64,000 bases of DNA from Octopus vulgaris (GCA_951406725.2 OX597815.1:85622001-85686000); one strand, 5' to 3'. Positions 1-13,610 are shown, counted from the first letter of the stretch. Notes: a model not told the origin generated them from the sequence alone. Program-made: numbers and translations.

Positions 1-593
1 TGATATTCACCAAGGTTAACAGCACAGCACTACCTCCGAGATCTTCTGTACCAATGTAACCTGGCACAGCATTGAAGCCCCAACCACTACACGACATGTG
101 TTCAACCGGCATTCTGCCTTGTGACCCCAACATCCTGTTACAAAACTATTACTATTGTGTAACTTTACTACGAACTGGTAAATTAACTCCATCTTGTCTA
201 AAATATCCTGAAAGACTCATTCTATGCTTTGTATTGTATTCTGTCTCACATACGCATACACCTTGTTTGTACTTCTGTCGCACACACGAATACACAGACG
301 CAAACACTTGTTGCACGCACCGTTGTTATACTTACAACGGGCACACAGACACACATGTGCACACACCCAGATACTCCACTTTGCAAGCACCCATACTTTA
401 TCTTATTGTACACATCTGTAAATAAAGTCTTCTTCTCTCAAACAGTAGAACAGTTGTCGTCCTCATTATTCCTTTTGGCACTTATTCTTTTATACCGTGT
501 ATTTTGGCTTCTTCTTTTGTTAGGGCGATCGTGCGGCGTTTAAAAGGAGACATTTCTGTCACCAACTCCTTACGTACGGTCGTTTTCCCTACA
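1..593 (+). mobile_element. possible 3' part of an LTR (solo LTR cut by window start)
   Basis: Non-coding block more GC-rich than its flank, AATAAA at 421, ends ...TTTTCCCTACA (CA terminus) at 593. No internal ORF or partner LTR seen. Confidence 0.3.
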
Positions 594-912
594 TATTTTT
601 TAGCCTTAGATCAGCACTGACTGAAAAGATTTAGATTCAACACTGTTCATCAGTGACTATTCCTTCTTTTTGTACGTTGAAGACCACAATAATCAAGGTG
701 TCTTTCCCTTCTCAGGACGTTAGGTTGTGTTTTGGTTAGTATTTTAGTAGATCAGGTGACTATCATAGATGTTCTTATTTTGAGTAATTTCCTTAATATT
801 GTTTTAAGAAAATGACAGACCACAGCATGAACTGCAGTTTAATATTTTACTCGAATCGGGAGTCACTGTCAAACTACCAGTGTTTATTAACGCAAAATAA
901 AATATTCTTCAC

Positions 913-1490
913 AATGGCGAGGTGGCCGAAACGTTAGCACGCCGGGCGAAATGCTTAGCGGTATTTCGTCTGCCATTACGTTCTGAGTTCAAATTCTGCC
1001 GAGGTCGAATTTGCCTTTCTTCCTTTCGGGGTCGATAAATTAAGTACCAGTTACGCACTGGGGTCGATATAATCGACCTAATCCGTTTGTCTGTCTTTGT
1101 TTGTCCCCTCTGTGTTTAGCCCCTTGTGGGTAGTTTGGAAATAGGTATTTCGTTTGTCTTTATGTTCTGAGTTCAAATTCCGCCGAGGTCGACTTTGCCT
1201 TTCATCTTTTCGGGGTCGATTAAATAAGTAGCAGTTACACACTGGGGTCGATATAATCGACTTAATCCGTTTTTCTGTCCTTGTTTGTCCTCTCTGTGTT
1301 TAGCCCCTTGTGTGTAGTAAAGAAATAGGTATTTTGTGCGTCTTTGTGTTCTGAGATCATATTCCTTTCATTTGCCTTCCATTCTTTCGTAGTCGATAAA
1401 ATACGTATCTGCTGACTACTGGGTTCGATGTAATCGAATTCCACCCCTCCCGCGAGGTTGATGGCTGTGTGCCCAAAATTTGAAACAAAT
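913..1490 (+). mobile_element. three tandem copies of a tRNA-derived SINE (octopus OK-like)
   Basis: A-box-like GGTGGCCGAAACGTTAGC, B-box-like GAGTTCAAATTC and core GTCGACTTTGCCTTTCATCCTTTCGGGGTCGATAAA. Units at ~913-1143, 1144-1327 and a decayed 1328-1490. Confidence 0.8.
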
Positions 1491-1662
1491 ATTCATGATG
1501 TTAGAATCAGATTCTCACCTCTGTACTACTCGACTAGTAAAACTACTTGTTCTTCATTTCCTGATAGGTGTTCATATAGGTTGTACGAAATTACGCTAGA
1601 AAATAGCTGTTCAACATGTTTGCCACAATTTACTACTCTCTGCCTCTCTCTCTCTGTCTCTG

Positions 1663-1696
<34 letters not shown>

Positions 1697-2089
1697 GCGC
1701 ACACACCTTCCATCTTGTATGAACAGCCATGCAGATATTTGGTTTATTCTGTTTTTGCATTGATTATTTCGATCAACTGCATTTCTTTTTATTAATTCGA
1801 TTACTTATATTTTAAATTTCTAATTATGCATGTCTATGAGATTCCTAATTATATATGTATATATTGAATTACTCATTATACATATAGAAGTTTCGTTAAA
1901 TTCTTAGCTTCTGTCGAACTTCTTAGTTAACTTATCACTAAATTCCTATTGTCTTTTCAGACAGATAGTTGCTTGTTGATCTGTCGAAGGTTTGGGTATG
2001 GACGAATAGGACGCTCTAAGGTGATGTCTTTTCAAGAAGTTTATTAACAGATGAGGGAGATTTAAACTTTATATATATATATATATATA

Positions 2090-2850
2090 ATAATAAATAT
2101 TAGGGAATAAATCCATATTTACAAGGAAAAATCAGATTTAAGATTGAATCCAATTTTATAATAAAATATTATATTATAATAAATTAGAGACAAAACCACT
2201 ATTATGCAAATCAATCAAAGAAAGACTTAAGCCAATACATAAAATATAAAATAATTTACATATAAATTAAAATTTAACAAATGAATAACCACTACGATCG
2301 TTTCGTGTCAGCACATCTTAGACATTCTTCAGGTGGTTTCTAAACCTAAAATATAAAATACAATCAATATTTTACGATATAAATATCTATATAATCTAAA
2401 TAAACTCTATTATTAAATTTGATTATATCGAAATCGACTATAATGTTAAATATTAACTTTAATTTATAAGGTAGAAAAAAACATATGCTAATATCCATTT
2501 TAGTCTATATCTACTTATATAGATATTTGAAATAACTAATATATATAAAAAATATTTTTATAATATTATAATATTTTTATATTTTTTCATTGATAATTTA
2601 TATATATTAGTTATTTCAAATATCTATATAAGTAGATATAGACTAAAATGGATACCTTATAAATTAAAGTTAACATTTAACAAATTTAATAATAGAGTTT
2701 ATTTAGATTATATAGATATTTATATCGTAAAATATTCATTTGTTAAATTTTAATTTATATATAAATTATTTTATATTTTATGTATTGGCTTAAGTCTTTC
2801 TTTGATTGATTTGCATAATAGTGGTTTTGTCTCTAATTTATTATAATATA
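2090..2850 (-). mobile_element. non-autonomous PLE terminal-repeat (pLTR) derivative with fold-back structure
   Basis: Flanked by (TA)n on both sides; 2170-2550 is mirrored in pieces by 2595-2850; hammerhead at 2287-2338. Confidence 0.65.
2287..2338 (-). ncRNA. type I minimal hammerhead ribozyme
   Basis: Minus strand: aaccac CTGAAGA a tgtc taagatgtgct gaca c GAAA cgatcg TA gtggtt. Stem I aaccac/gtggtt, palindromic stem III, GUA cleavage triplet. Confidence 0.85.
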
Positions 2851-5800
2851 TATATATATTAACTGTCCCTAAATGTAACTAGGGTGATAAAAACACCCAC
2901 ATTGCTTGAAATAAGAGCTAAAATGCTAACATCCTGGTTACATCAAGTGACAATTATAATTCTCCGTTTTGGGAAACATTGCAGCCTGTGTTTACATTAA
3001 TTTTATATATATATATATATATATCAATTAATTTTATTTATACATACACACACATGTATTTATATATGTGTGTATACATATATCTTTCTTTCTATGTATG
3101 TATATACAGACCCTGTGTGAAGCTGAATTTTTCTGACCAGTTTTTTGTTTTGGAAAATTTCAGGGATACGGATACGGTTGATGAGGGGCTGAAATTCAAG
3201 GTACAATCCAAAGTACCGTATCAGAAGCATACCCAAATAATATTAAATGAACAAAGGAAAATAATGAATTACTGTTTTGATGCTTATAATTATCCAGCGT
3301 ACACAGCAAAGTACACATCCTATTAAATAGAGATGAATCTGAAGCTTTTCAAAATAATTTTGCTATCTGTTTCACTTGAATCTCTCCCCATTCAGTCGAT
3401 TACCTTTTTTGAGTGACACTCATTATATTAATATATAGGAGCGCCGACTTTTTCCTAATTATCTACGTATATTAAATTATTTATTAAAAAGTGATAAAAG
3501 CAGTGAATAAAAATGAATTAACGCTTAGTCAGTGTCTTGTCCTAAGACATTTTCACCAACACTCTTCCTTAGATATGCCCTGAATGGATCCAACTCCGTA
3601 GTCCACATGGTTGTTAATTAAAATCTTTATTTTCCCGAACTACTTTGTGTTTAGGAATTTACAATTTCTCTGGAAAATTTCCGTATGGAATAGTTGTTCT
3701 CAAAAAACCCAATTTATGCCCATCAAACCATACTAGAAAGAACCATACTAAAACTCTTTTTCCATGTTCAGTAGATTCCTGTTTGGTTCACAGCTTCTCT
3801 GGAACATCAAGATTAGGAAATGTTCCAGTCATCTTTTCAATGTATGATAACTTGTAGATTCCGTTCTGTCGAATTCTACCCACAAATTGATGAAATGCTA
3901 GTATCTTATCACTTAGATCTGCAGGCATCTTTTCTGCATTCTTTGTTCATTGCTGAAGTGGTAAGTAAACCTTGTGAATCTTGTGCATCATCCATCACCT
4001 GCCTTAAGAAACAAGTCATTTATTGATTTCTTTTGAGCAAAGATTCAGATGCCCCGTTAATTATATATGTTCACAAATTCCAAGTACTCACTCGACAACA
4101 GTCTTCTTCAATTGTGGCCACTTGTAAAGCTGATCTCTGTCAACAAACTTTGATTTTCGCTTTCTCCAGTCTCTGACTACTTTCTCTAAAACATTAAATA
4201 CTCTTACTGCTACGCAATTATTTATCTGCTTTTCTTGGCAACAACAATAACTTGCAGTTTGAATAATGCTGTATAATAGTTGTTTACCGGGTAGGCATTT
4301 TCTCAGAAAATGACAGGAACTACACGACCGTATTTCGTAAGTCCTATAAGGGAACTTGCAGTGAGATTGTAACCTGACTTCGACATGACTTTTATACAGG
4401 CGATCCGATTATTGTAGCGGATAGAAATAATGATCGGTAAACTGGCAATCGTGACGTCATTTTTCTCTTATATGACCACGTTTGTTATAGCCCTTCATAG
4501 CCATATTTACATCTAGAAACTTTAAGTTGGTGAGACATTATGTAATGATAAAGTACCAACCATCCAGCAAAATGGCAATTATTGTGTATTATATTGGTAA
4601 TGCATATAGTCTCGTAAGAAGTGATGGTTTGATGTATTTACATCACAGTAACTATACGACATTAATCGCAATGCTTCTTCAATAATAAACTGGAGAAATC
4701 TGTAACCTCATGTCCTGCTTTGCGAATTATACATTGAATCGAATAATACAGTTCATTTATACTTAGGTTAATACCTTAATCAACAAATGTTGCTCTGTTA
4801 CCAATAAAAAACTGGGGTTGGGTTTTAGACGAGATACATGGAAAGATTCAGATTTTTAGATATACAAAGTAGCCGACTCTTACACGAGATCGGCTTTTAT
4901 TCGACTAGAACTGAAAAGTTGAAAAGGAGATAATGTGAATATTTCTATAGAAACCATTCAGACAGTCAGAACATTATAATAGCGTTTGAATAGACAGAAG
5001 ACGGAAGGTCAGTGGTTGTAGAGTGTTGGTTAGTGAAGGCTATCAGATGAATAGCTTTTTTTTTCTGGAACATAGCCTTGAAGGCGTATATGTGTCTTTG
5101 TATTCATTGGTGTACAGAGTAGGAGGCAAGTAACTGGCAATGTAACAAACACATTATTCATTAGAAATGTCTGTCTCAAAGCAAGAAATTGTTCATGAAA
5201 TCAATATTAATTGTACGATTCAGTGGCACGTCAATATTTTCACAAATTACAAAACTATACAGACGTTGTTAAATCTTATTTAAAAAATGATATTGAAAAA
5301 TATTTGACAGAAAACAGTAATCTTTTGTCTTTACTTAATTTAAATGATATGTATGCAAGCATGTATATATACATATGTATATGTAAATCTACGTTCTTAT
5401 CTATCTATATTTATATGTGTATACAGCATTGGTTATACATTTGTATTTGTGTACATAGGCATGTGAATGGTAGCGTATGTATGTACGAATGTATACGCTT
5501 AGAGAGGTAAGGGTATACACTAATATAATATGTGTGTGTGTGTGTGTGTGTATTTGTATATCAATACATATGTATAAGCATACGGGTTGGCGTGTGAGTA
5601 TACGAGTTCGCATTACATGAATATTTCAAGGACGCAGATGGTCGATCCAATTAGGTACTGAAAAATCAGCTCAAATAAGGCCCAGAATGGCGCGTTACTC
5701 TTACTTCTATGAAATGCTGTTGCTTATATCAACACAAACCTAAGACAAATTGGCAAAGGCTCTTCAACAACACTATACTTTCTGACCCATGGATGTACTG

Positions 5801-7324
5801 TTTTCCTCCGCTTCTTATTCTGTCAATCCTTTGATATCCTCAGCTCCGTCCCCTGAACCATTTTGTTGCCAACTACCTCCACCCAAGCTCATCCAAGACA
5901 TCGTCTCACCTCTTCTCATTAGCTCTACTGAGTGTCATTACCCATGCCTTGCAGTAGCGAGACTATTCAATTTATCCAATACAACATTAAAAATCTTAAA
6001 TTCACTCGTGCTAGTATATTTTCTGTAGATGTACAATTACGCATTAAAAACGAAGTGAACTCAACATAAGCGCAAGAGAGCTTGGCAACTCTTCCTCAAA
6101 CCTCACTAAACCTTAATAGCAAATAGTTGAAAAGGCGGCAGTTCGTATCTTGTTACCCAAGTTGCGTCGTATTCTTTACCCCAAAACACTCAACCTTCAG
6201 CTACCAAGTCAATGTATTCTTTGTTCTTTTTTTTTGTTTTTTACTCTTTCTCTATGAGCAGAGATTAAGATTTGCGTAATTAGTGAGCTGAACTGGACGA
6301 AAGGTGGTTGGTGGGATAGGTGGTGGAAGGAAGTGGTAACAGTGTTGTATGAGTTACTTTTACAGTTGTAACAGCTCTATGAACAAAAGATTGCATTTTT
6401 TTATGTGTTGTGAATTTCTGTTCTTTCCGTCAAGAAAAGTTACCTGTGCCTAAAGCAAACAAAATACTAGACGTAAACAACATTCCTATGGATCATTTTT
6501 TATTCAGAAAGGAACGGGGTTTTGTGATGGCCCGAAAGTGATCAATGGTATCAGACTTTCGTACATGAACGTTAGACGTTATGAACGAACGGCTCTAAAT
6601 TCTAAATTATCTGCTAATTGATTAAATCCTTCATACCTCCTAGGTTTACTTGAAATTAATAACGTATCGACAACAAAAAGGGAAATCGATTTAAATGAAT
6701 GTATGTGAGCTATTCTCCACAGGAAGCCTTTGATATAGAAATGCCTACATATCCTCCTTCCCCTCCATGGTCTATTGAAATTGTTTCGTGGCTGCGATCT
6801 ACGGGTGAGATGTGTTACAACTCGCTTCGGCGGTTTGTTTATTTATATTCATTGAGCACGAGTGTGAGTTCTTAGCCGTGTCCGTTAATTGATTTACTTC
6901 ATACAGTTTCTGTCTCGTCGTTGGTCATTTTGTTGAGGTGGGTGGGTGAGGGTGTGTTTTTAATTTTTGTTGCTTTATTTTTTATTAGGTGGTATATTTA
7001 CAGGATTTAACTCTCATTTTAATTAAGTTTTTTTTTGTGTTTCGTCAAGTTCATTTTGGTGTACATCCTATTGTGTTTGTGAATATTTACGTCATAATCA
7101 GTTGGTTTTGTTGGTGAGACTTTTGTTTTGATCGAAGTCAAAGAATATTATTGACTTATTTGCTTCTGTCCGTGGGTTTTGTGAATTTAACTGTAAAACT
7201 AATTAAGGACATGTTTATTTACGGAGTTGTTTGTGGGTGTCTGAGTGGTATTTCGTGGTTATGAATAAGTGTGCCGCGGACAAAATATGCTTTTATCTCG
7301 TGGATTAAGATATAGAATCCAATA

Positions 7325-7374
<50 letters not shown>

Positions 7375-8485
7375 GACAAAGGATTGTTTCGATTTATCAA
7401 TGTGTTTATGTATACATATGGTATATTTTATGTTTTATTTGCATCGCTTGTTTAACGTTCGATTTTCGTCGATCTTCAAATTTTTGGCGAGCATATGTTT
7501 TGCTTGCTTTTGATTTGGCTTTGAATATGTTTAATTTTGATCGATCATTTGTGTACGATTGTTGTTGGAGCTATCTTTTCTAACGTGTGCGCTTGCGCGC
7601 CTGTGCGTGCGTGCATGTGTGCGTGTGTGCATGTATGTTTGTATGCGTTTGTGTCTTGCTGCGTATCTTATCTAGTTAATTCTCTTTGGATCTCAAATCA
7701 TGCTTGGAAATGAATTTATTCTGGTGTCTGCGGCGGCGTCACATGATCTAATTCTTCTTGTATATTTATTTAGTGCGACCATATATTTTCATGTGGTCAT
7801 AAGTAGTACATTTCGGTAGCATTTATGTATGATCATGTACAGATTATTATGTTCCATTTTATATTTCACACCCGCACTCTCTTTCTCGGCTTTTCGTTTT
7901 TTCCTTATCGTCCTCTGTTACGTTTTCTATTTTATTCCCTAATTTTCTTATTGTTTCTCTTTCTGCCCAATACGGACATATATTACTGTTTTACTGTCTT
8001 CTTTTCTTCTGTCTCTCTCACACTTTTCCTCATGCACTTTATTCTTTTTGTCTACCACAAAATCATACGTTCTTTCTCTCTTAAATATGGCTTAAAGAAA
8101 CTTAAGCTTGTGTGGTGCAGGATCAAAGGTGTCGGGAGAAAGGCTGACTGAGAGGAAGGTAGTCGTAAGAGAGGTAGTAGGAGCAAGAGCCGTCAGTGTA
8201 GTGTGAGTTAGACAAGCTTTTGACTTCGCCAAAAGTGATGCACAAACACATCATTTTAAGATTATAAGAGATATATCTGTGGACTTTAAAACTAACAAAA
8301 GATATTTCGCAGAAGATTTTAAAATGCTGAGGTGACTACTTTCTTTGAGTTCTTTCCTTTATCTTAATATATCCACTCACTATATTTTCCATCTTACAAA
8401 CAGCCATACACACTTGTATATGTACAGTATATGTATACAAGACGTAAAATGGGAGACAAAAATTTATATTGTATGCTTATATATT

Positions 8486-8526
<41 letters not shown>

Positions 8527-8564
8527 CTGCATTTTTCTTTTTGTACTCATGTGTCCTTAATGTG

Positions 8565-8599
<35 letters not shown>

Positions 8600-8611
8600 G
8601 GAGAGAAAGAG

Positions 8612-8769
8612 AGTAGTTGTATGCTGTCAACTTAATGTGACAGTCTCATGAAGGGAATCATACTACTGCTATTTAGCCCTAGGAAGCAGCAACGTAACAT
8701 ATGGCTAAATAGCAGTAGTATGATTCCCTTCATGGGACTGTCACATTAAGCTGACAGTATACAACTACT
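8612..8769. repeat. ~70-bp-arm inverted repeat, probable decayed pLTR fold-back
   Basis: AGTAGTTGTATGCTGTCAACTTAATGTGACAGTC...GCTATTTAGCC is reverse-complementary to 8703-8769 with few mismatches; flanked by (AG)n and (CA)n. Confidence 0.75.
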
Positions 8770-8822
8770 TTATCGTACCACTACTGCATAAATCTCCCTC
8801 AGATATTTAGAAATGTATTATT

Positions 8823-8894
<72 letters not shown>

Positions 8895-9682
8895 CAGAGT
8901 GCGGTCAATAAACTCTCTCTAAATTACGCAAAAATAAAAATAACACTGACATCTCATTTTAGCAGATATTTTTGCTGGATTTACATAAAAGTATCTTGAA
9001 ATACTAAAGAATAAATTCATTCAATAAAATCGCCATTGGCTTCAATCATGGATGACTTCAGAATCTCCTGCAACTCTTCTAGACAGTCTACTTGTTTAAG
9101 TTGGTGACTGTTGCCATAATCCTTGCCTTCACTTAATCTTTGGTGTTACAAGGAGTTTTGTTGGTCTCTCGCTCAACTGCGCCCATACATAATAATCGAG
9201 GGAGTTGCAGTCTGGGGAGTTCGGTGACCAGATGCTGGGGGTGATGTGGTCGCAGAGTCATGTTGTCAGACATAGGGTCTTCCAGAAGCCATACTTTTGA
9301 CCCAGGGCAGAACTAATTACTCGAAGCACTTGATATAGGCCTGCGTTTTGAGTCTGAGGCTGTGTAGGAAGATGACTGGCGGTATACGTCGCCATCAATA
9401 GTGATCACTCCAAACACCATGATGTTGGCTGGATGTTTGATTTTTATCACTCTCGGTATATGTCCTCAGACTGACACCCAAGCACTCTAAAATGTTTGTA
9501 CTGAAATACATGTAGTTTCCAAATTTCTGGCAGAGTGAATTGCGTCATGGTGCTATTCTTTCTCACAGACGGTGACCGACTGACCCTACTATACCGTGTC
9601 GTCGACAAAATCAAAACAAACAATGCGCATGCGGGAAATTAGAAATATAAAATGACGACAATTATTTACCCATCACACCGTG
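8895..9682 (-). mobile_element. internally deleted Tc1/mariner-superfamily transposon (maT/DD37D-like)
   Basis: TA-flanked imperfect TIRs (CAGAGTGCGG.../...CACACCGTG). Minus strand encodes IMVFGVITIDG and WSPNSPDCNSLDYYVW, matching the WPPNSPDLNPLD motif. Confidence 0.75.
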
Positions 9683-9690
9683 TATATGTA

Positions 9691-9743
<53 letters not shown>

Positions 9744-9819
9744 AACGCATATGTATATAAACACACACATATATAGATACACAGATGTATATATATATAT
9801 ATATATATATGGAGGCGCA

Positions 9820-9877
<58 letters not shown>

Positions 9878-10075
9878 GGAGGCGCAAGGGCGGTCGCAGG
9901 ATCGCAGTTTCGATTTCCAGACCGGGCGTTGTGAGTGTTTATTGAGCGAAAACACCTAAAAGCTCCACGAGGCTCCGGCAGGGGGTGGTGATCCCTGCTG
10001 TACTCTTTCACCACTCTTTCTCAACGGCGGTGCATCAGTATGGCCGCAGCTCTGAGCTGAAACTAGAAAAAAAAA
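9878..10075 (+). mobile_element. internally deleted tRNA-derived SINE
   Basis: GGAGGCGCAA head, B-box-like GTTTCGATTTCC; 3' end GCGGTGCATCAGTATGGCCGCAG..CTGAAACTAG resembles the SINE end at 11245-11300 and the fragment at 12738-12787. Confidence 0.7.
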
Positions 10076-10900
10076 TATATATGTATAAATATATATATAT
10101 ATCTACATTATCTATCTATTTACCTATCAATATATCTTTGTATGTGAACATGCATGTATACATACGTGCATACATATATACGTACGTGCATACATACATG
10201 CATACACACACATGCAACAATACATAGACATGTACATGCCGCCATTCTTGTAAGCATGCCGAAAGGTACAGACGCAAGCACAGATACTGACGCGAATTAA
10301 TTAACGCATAAATAGAAGCATAAACACGCACACAAACACATACAAAAGACACCTAGTTATCTGTACTCATACAAGCAGAGACTCACATAAACACTCACAC
10401 TCGAACTCACAATCACACTTACATGTTTAAAAATATACTCATCATGATTACATAGTATTGATGATTTTAGTACCCCGTGTTTACCCTAATATTCTAAAAT
10501 ACTCCCGTCCACAGGGAAAAATAGAGAAATAGAGAAAACAGTTATAAACTACGAAACTATGTAATTTTCTTCACTTTTATAGAACAAAGTCATTCAACAT
10601 ATCCGGTAAATAAATAATAAATAAATCTATTAATCCAATTTACATCGAATTTTTTTTTATCGATTACAGTAAGTAAAGATTACAAAAAAATTTTTTCCCA
10701 GAAATTGTATAAAAAATCGGATTAAGCCTTTTGGTAGCTTGGCTAATTTGGGCAAGTTGGTAGGAGGTCAAAAATTAAGAATGAATAGGTCAGTAATTAT
10801 AAAAGAAAGAAAGAAAGAAAGAAACATCCTTTGCATGCAAACAAGGCGGTCAAATACGTATATAAAAAGTAAATCTCTTTAAGTCTGGAAATATGAAATA

Positions 10901-11041
10901 TTCTTTTCTACTCTAGGCACAAGGCCCGAAATTTTTGGGGAGGAGGCCAATCGATTAGATCGACCCAAGTATACAACTAATACTTAATTTATCTACCCCG
11001 AAAGGATGAAAGGCAAAGTCGACCTCGGCGGAATTTGAACG
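10901..11041 (-). mobile_element. OK-like SINE fragment
   Basis: CCCCGAAAGGATGAAAGGCAAAGTCGACCTCGGCGGAATTTGAAC is the reverse complement of the core at 1170-1220. Confidence 0.8.
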
Positions 11042-11244
11042 GAAATATAAAATATTACAAATGTTATAAATACTGTAAAATAAAGTTTATAAATGAATTT
11101 GGTTCAGCACAAGGTGGGTTTTTAATAATATTTTGAAATTTGAGAGCGAAAAAATGCTTTTTAGGTTTCGTGGTAAAATATTATTCCATATCATTTTTGA
11201 TAATCTGTATTTCTTTTGTATTCCGATGTTTATTTTACCATTTA

Positions 11245-11655
11245 TTTTTCTATCTTTTACTTGTTTCAGTCATTAGACTACGGCCATGCTGATGCACCGC
11301 TTATAAGAAGTTTTAGCCGAATAAATCGGACCTAGTGCTTATTTTGTTTTTGCTAAGCCTAGTACTTAATCTATTGGTCTTTTGCCGAACCGCGAAGTAA
11401 CGGAGACGTAAACATACCAGCACTGGTTGTGAAGCGATGGTGGGGTAGAAACACAAATACACACACGCAAACACACACAAACACACACAACACACACGAC
11501 TGGCTTCTTTAAGTTTCTGTCTACCAAATCCACGCACAAAGGTTTGGTCGGCTCGAGAAGCTATAGTTGAAGCCCAAGATGCCACACAGTGGGACTGAAG
11601 CCGGAACTGTGTGGTTGGCAAACAAGTTTCTTACCACGCAGCCACGCCTGCACCT
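11245..11655 (-). mobile_element. full-length tRNA-derived SINE (octopus OR-like)
   Basis: Minus strand starts GGTGCAGGCGTGGCTGCGTGGTAAG (A box), GGCTTCAGTCCC (B-box-like), internal (GT)n, ends GACTGAAACAAGTAAAAGATAG. Confidence 0.8.
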
Positions 11656-11671
11656 ATAAAAAAGAATCATA

Positions 11672-11763
11672 CGCCCGCAGAGGGACGCTATCCCGTGACC
11701 TTCAGATTACTTCTAAGGTGACCTATAAAAATCTGATGCTCTACCGATGAGCAATGAAAAGGC
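11672..11763 (-). pseudogene. intron-containing tRNA-Lys(TTT) pseudogene
   Basis: Minus strand GCTCA-TCGGTAGAGCATCAGATTTTTA[taggtcaccttagaagta]ATCTGAAGGTC...CGGGCG matches tRNA-Lys-UUU with an ~18-nt insert at 37/38. T-loop and acceptor stem are damaged; a T-run terminator follows. Confidence 0.75.
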
Positions 11764-12698
11764 ATTTTTTCATCATTTGAAAGCATAAAAAAAGGTAGTC
11801 TATGATATATATTTTTTAAGTGTGATTGTAAAAAGTTAAAAGATTACACATTCGTTAATTTAATTACTAAAATAAACAAACGTTGCTTTCATTCTTTCAA
11901 GTTTGTAAACTGCTAGTCTCTAATTAATGTTGTAATTAATGTTTTTAATTTAGTTACTCTGCAAATGAGTTTTAAATTAATCGAAAAGGAAATAAAATCA
12001 CAGGAAAAATGTAACAATTTTAGCTCAGGAAATATCAAAGAAAAATATGTAAAATATGTAAAATTTCAATGCTATAAATACCTTTAATAATTGTTAAATT
12101 AATTCACCAAATAATATTTTGATGTCGCTTATTAATTGACACTACATGACTTGTACAAAATGACATTAGAATTTATATAAATGGTATTACACATATGTTA
12201 AAATACACGTTTAAATCAATGTCTTAAACGTAACAGTAAAAACAAGAACGTATTAAACCATTCCTTTACCGAAATTTTCCTGTAAAGTTTTTTTTTCTTA
12301 TTGCTTTTTCCTGTGACTTTTTTTTCTTGGAATTGTACAGTAAAGAAAACATTGTTAATTGATTTTAGTCCAAATTAAAATGTTACACGCTTTTTGTTAA
12401 TATAAGAAGTTAAAAAGTATAATTCTTAATCTAAATGAGTTTTAAAGAAACTCTAAATGAGTTTGAAAAATGTGAATATAGTAATTAAATGTATTTTCTG
12501 TTCTTTAGAATCCCTCCCACCTTTTCATTTTTAGCCTAAATTGAGGATTATGGAATATATGCTGATTATCGGTCTTTGAACATATTGCTGATTTGGTGTC
12601 TTCTTGTAGAGCTGATACAAGTGTAAATTTAATTCAGAGGTCCAAGTTTCTCTCGATGATTTCGATCTGCTCCCTAGAGAGGACACGAAAGATATGCA

Positions 12699-12736
<38 letters not shown>

Positions 12737-12786
12737 AATGCATGGCCGCAGCCTAAGAGCTGAAATGTATAAAAGAATAAAAGAAT

Positions 12787-12815
12787 ACACACACACACAC
12801 ACACACACACACACT

Positions 12816-12846
<31 letters not shown>

Positions 12847-12894
12847 TCAAACACACACACACACACACATACACACACACACACTCAAACACAC

Positions 12895-12933
<39 letters not shown>

Positions 12934-12945
12934 CACACACGCACA
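12787..12945. repeat. (CA)n compound microsatellite
   Basis: Seen directly, directly after a SINE 3' fragment. Confidence 0.95.
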
Positions 12946-12954
12946 TAACACATA

Positions 12955-13275
12955 TATAAGATCCTGGACAGCCTAGCACCCAACTTCGGGACTGAAAGTT
13001 ATATCGGCACAGAAATGAACGTCACTGCATAGTACTAATAATCTCACCTTCTCCATATAGTAGAGAAATGACGCAGTATTGTCACAGATTATTTTTCAAG
13101 GCCCACAACTTTTCAACAGTCCACCAAGAAATCCTAAAGAGTTTTTTGAGATTTTCTTAAGTACAAACGTAGATGTGTTCAAAGAACACTTGGATAAATT
13201 TTTGTGAGATAGCAGATAAACCCATAACACGGTAGGAATTTACAGAGAAGTGCTGTTCTGTCCAACTCATTACTT
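12955..13275 (+). mobile_element. decayed CR1/L2-group LINE 3' fragment
   Basis: Translates to QGPQLFNS-P...VDVFKEHLDKFL, similar to CR1/Crack ORF2 C-termini; frameshifted. Confidence 0.5.
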
Positions 13276-13610
13276 CACCAAAAATAGTTCCAAAGATAGA
13301 GTCAAGAAGTGAATATGAAATAAAACCAATCACACAAAAAGCGGGGCTCCACTATCGCCAGTACAAGTAAACATAAAAAAATATATGCATATAAAGCTGC
13401 TCAATCCGGAAAGGAGACCACGCTCTCTGCATTGAGCAGTAGTTTCGCAGACTTTGGACTCCTGCACCAACCTTCTCGTTTTTTCTTGTTTTTCCTTTTT
13501 TCTTGTGGTTTCTCGTTTACCAGCGCCCTGATTTTCAAATAGGACAGACTGTGCTCTTAGCCTGAAGATTCTTGAAGACACAGACACGTTATGAAAACCT
13601 GCCTGAGCCC

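Noticed and set aside
3540-4200. Possible minus-strand DNA transposase relic (HGK..DG-like)
   Set aside because: Too degraded to assign by eye.
6770-6836. Minus-strand CCGAAG...GAAA caattt c hammerhead-like string
   Set aside because: Stem I does not close and the core has extra mismatches.
13555-13610. CTGAAGA...GAAA before the long (TA)n
   Set aside because: No convincing stems I-III or NUH site.
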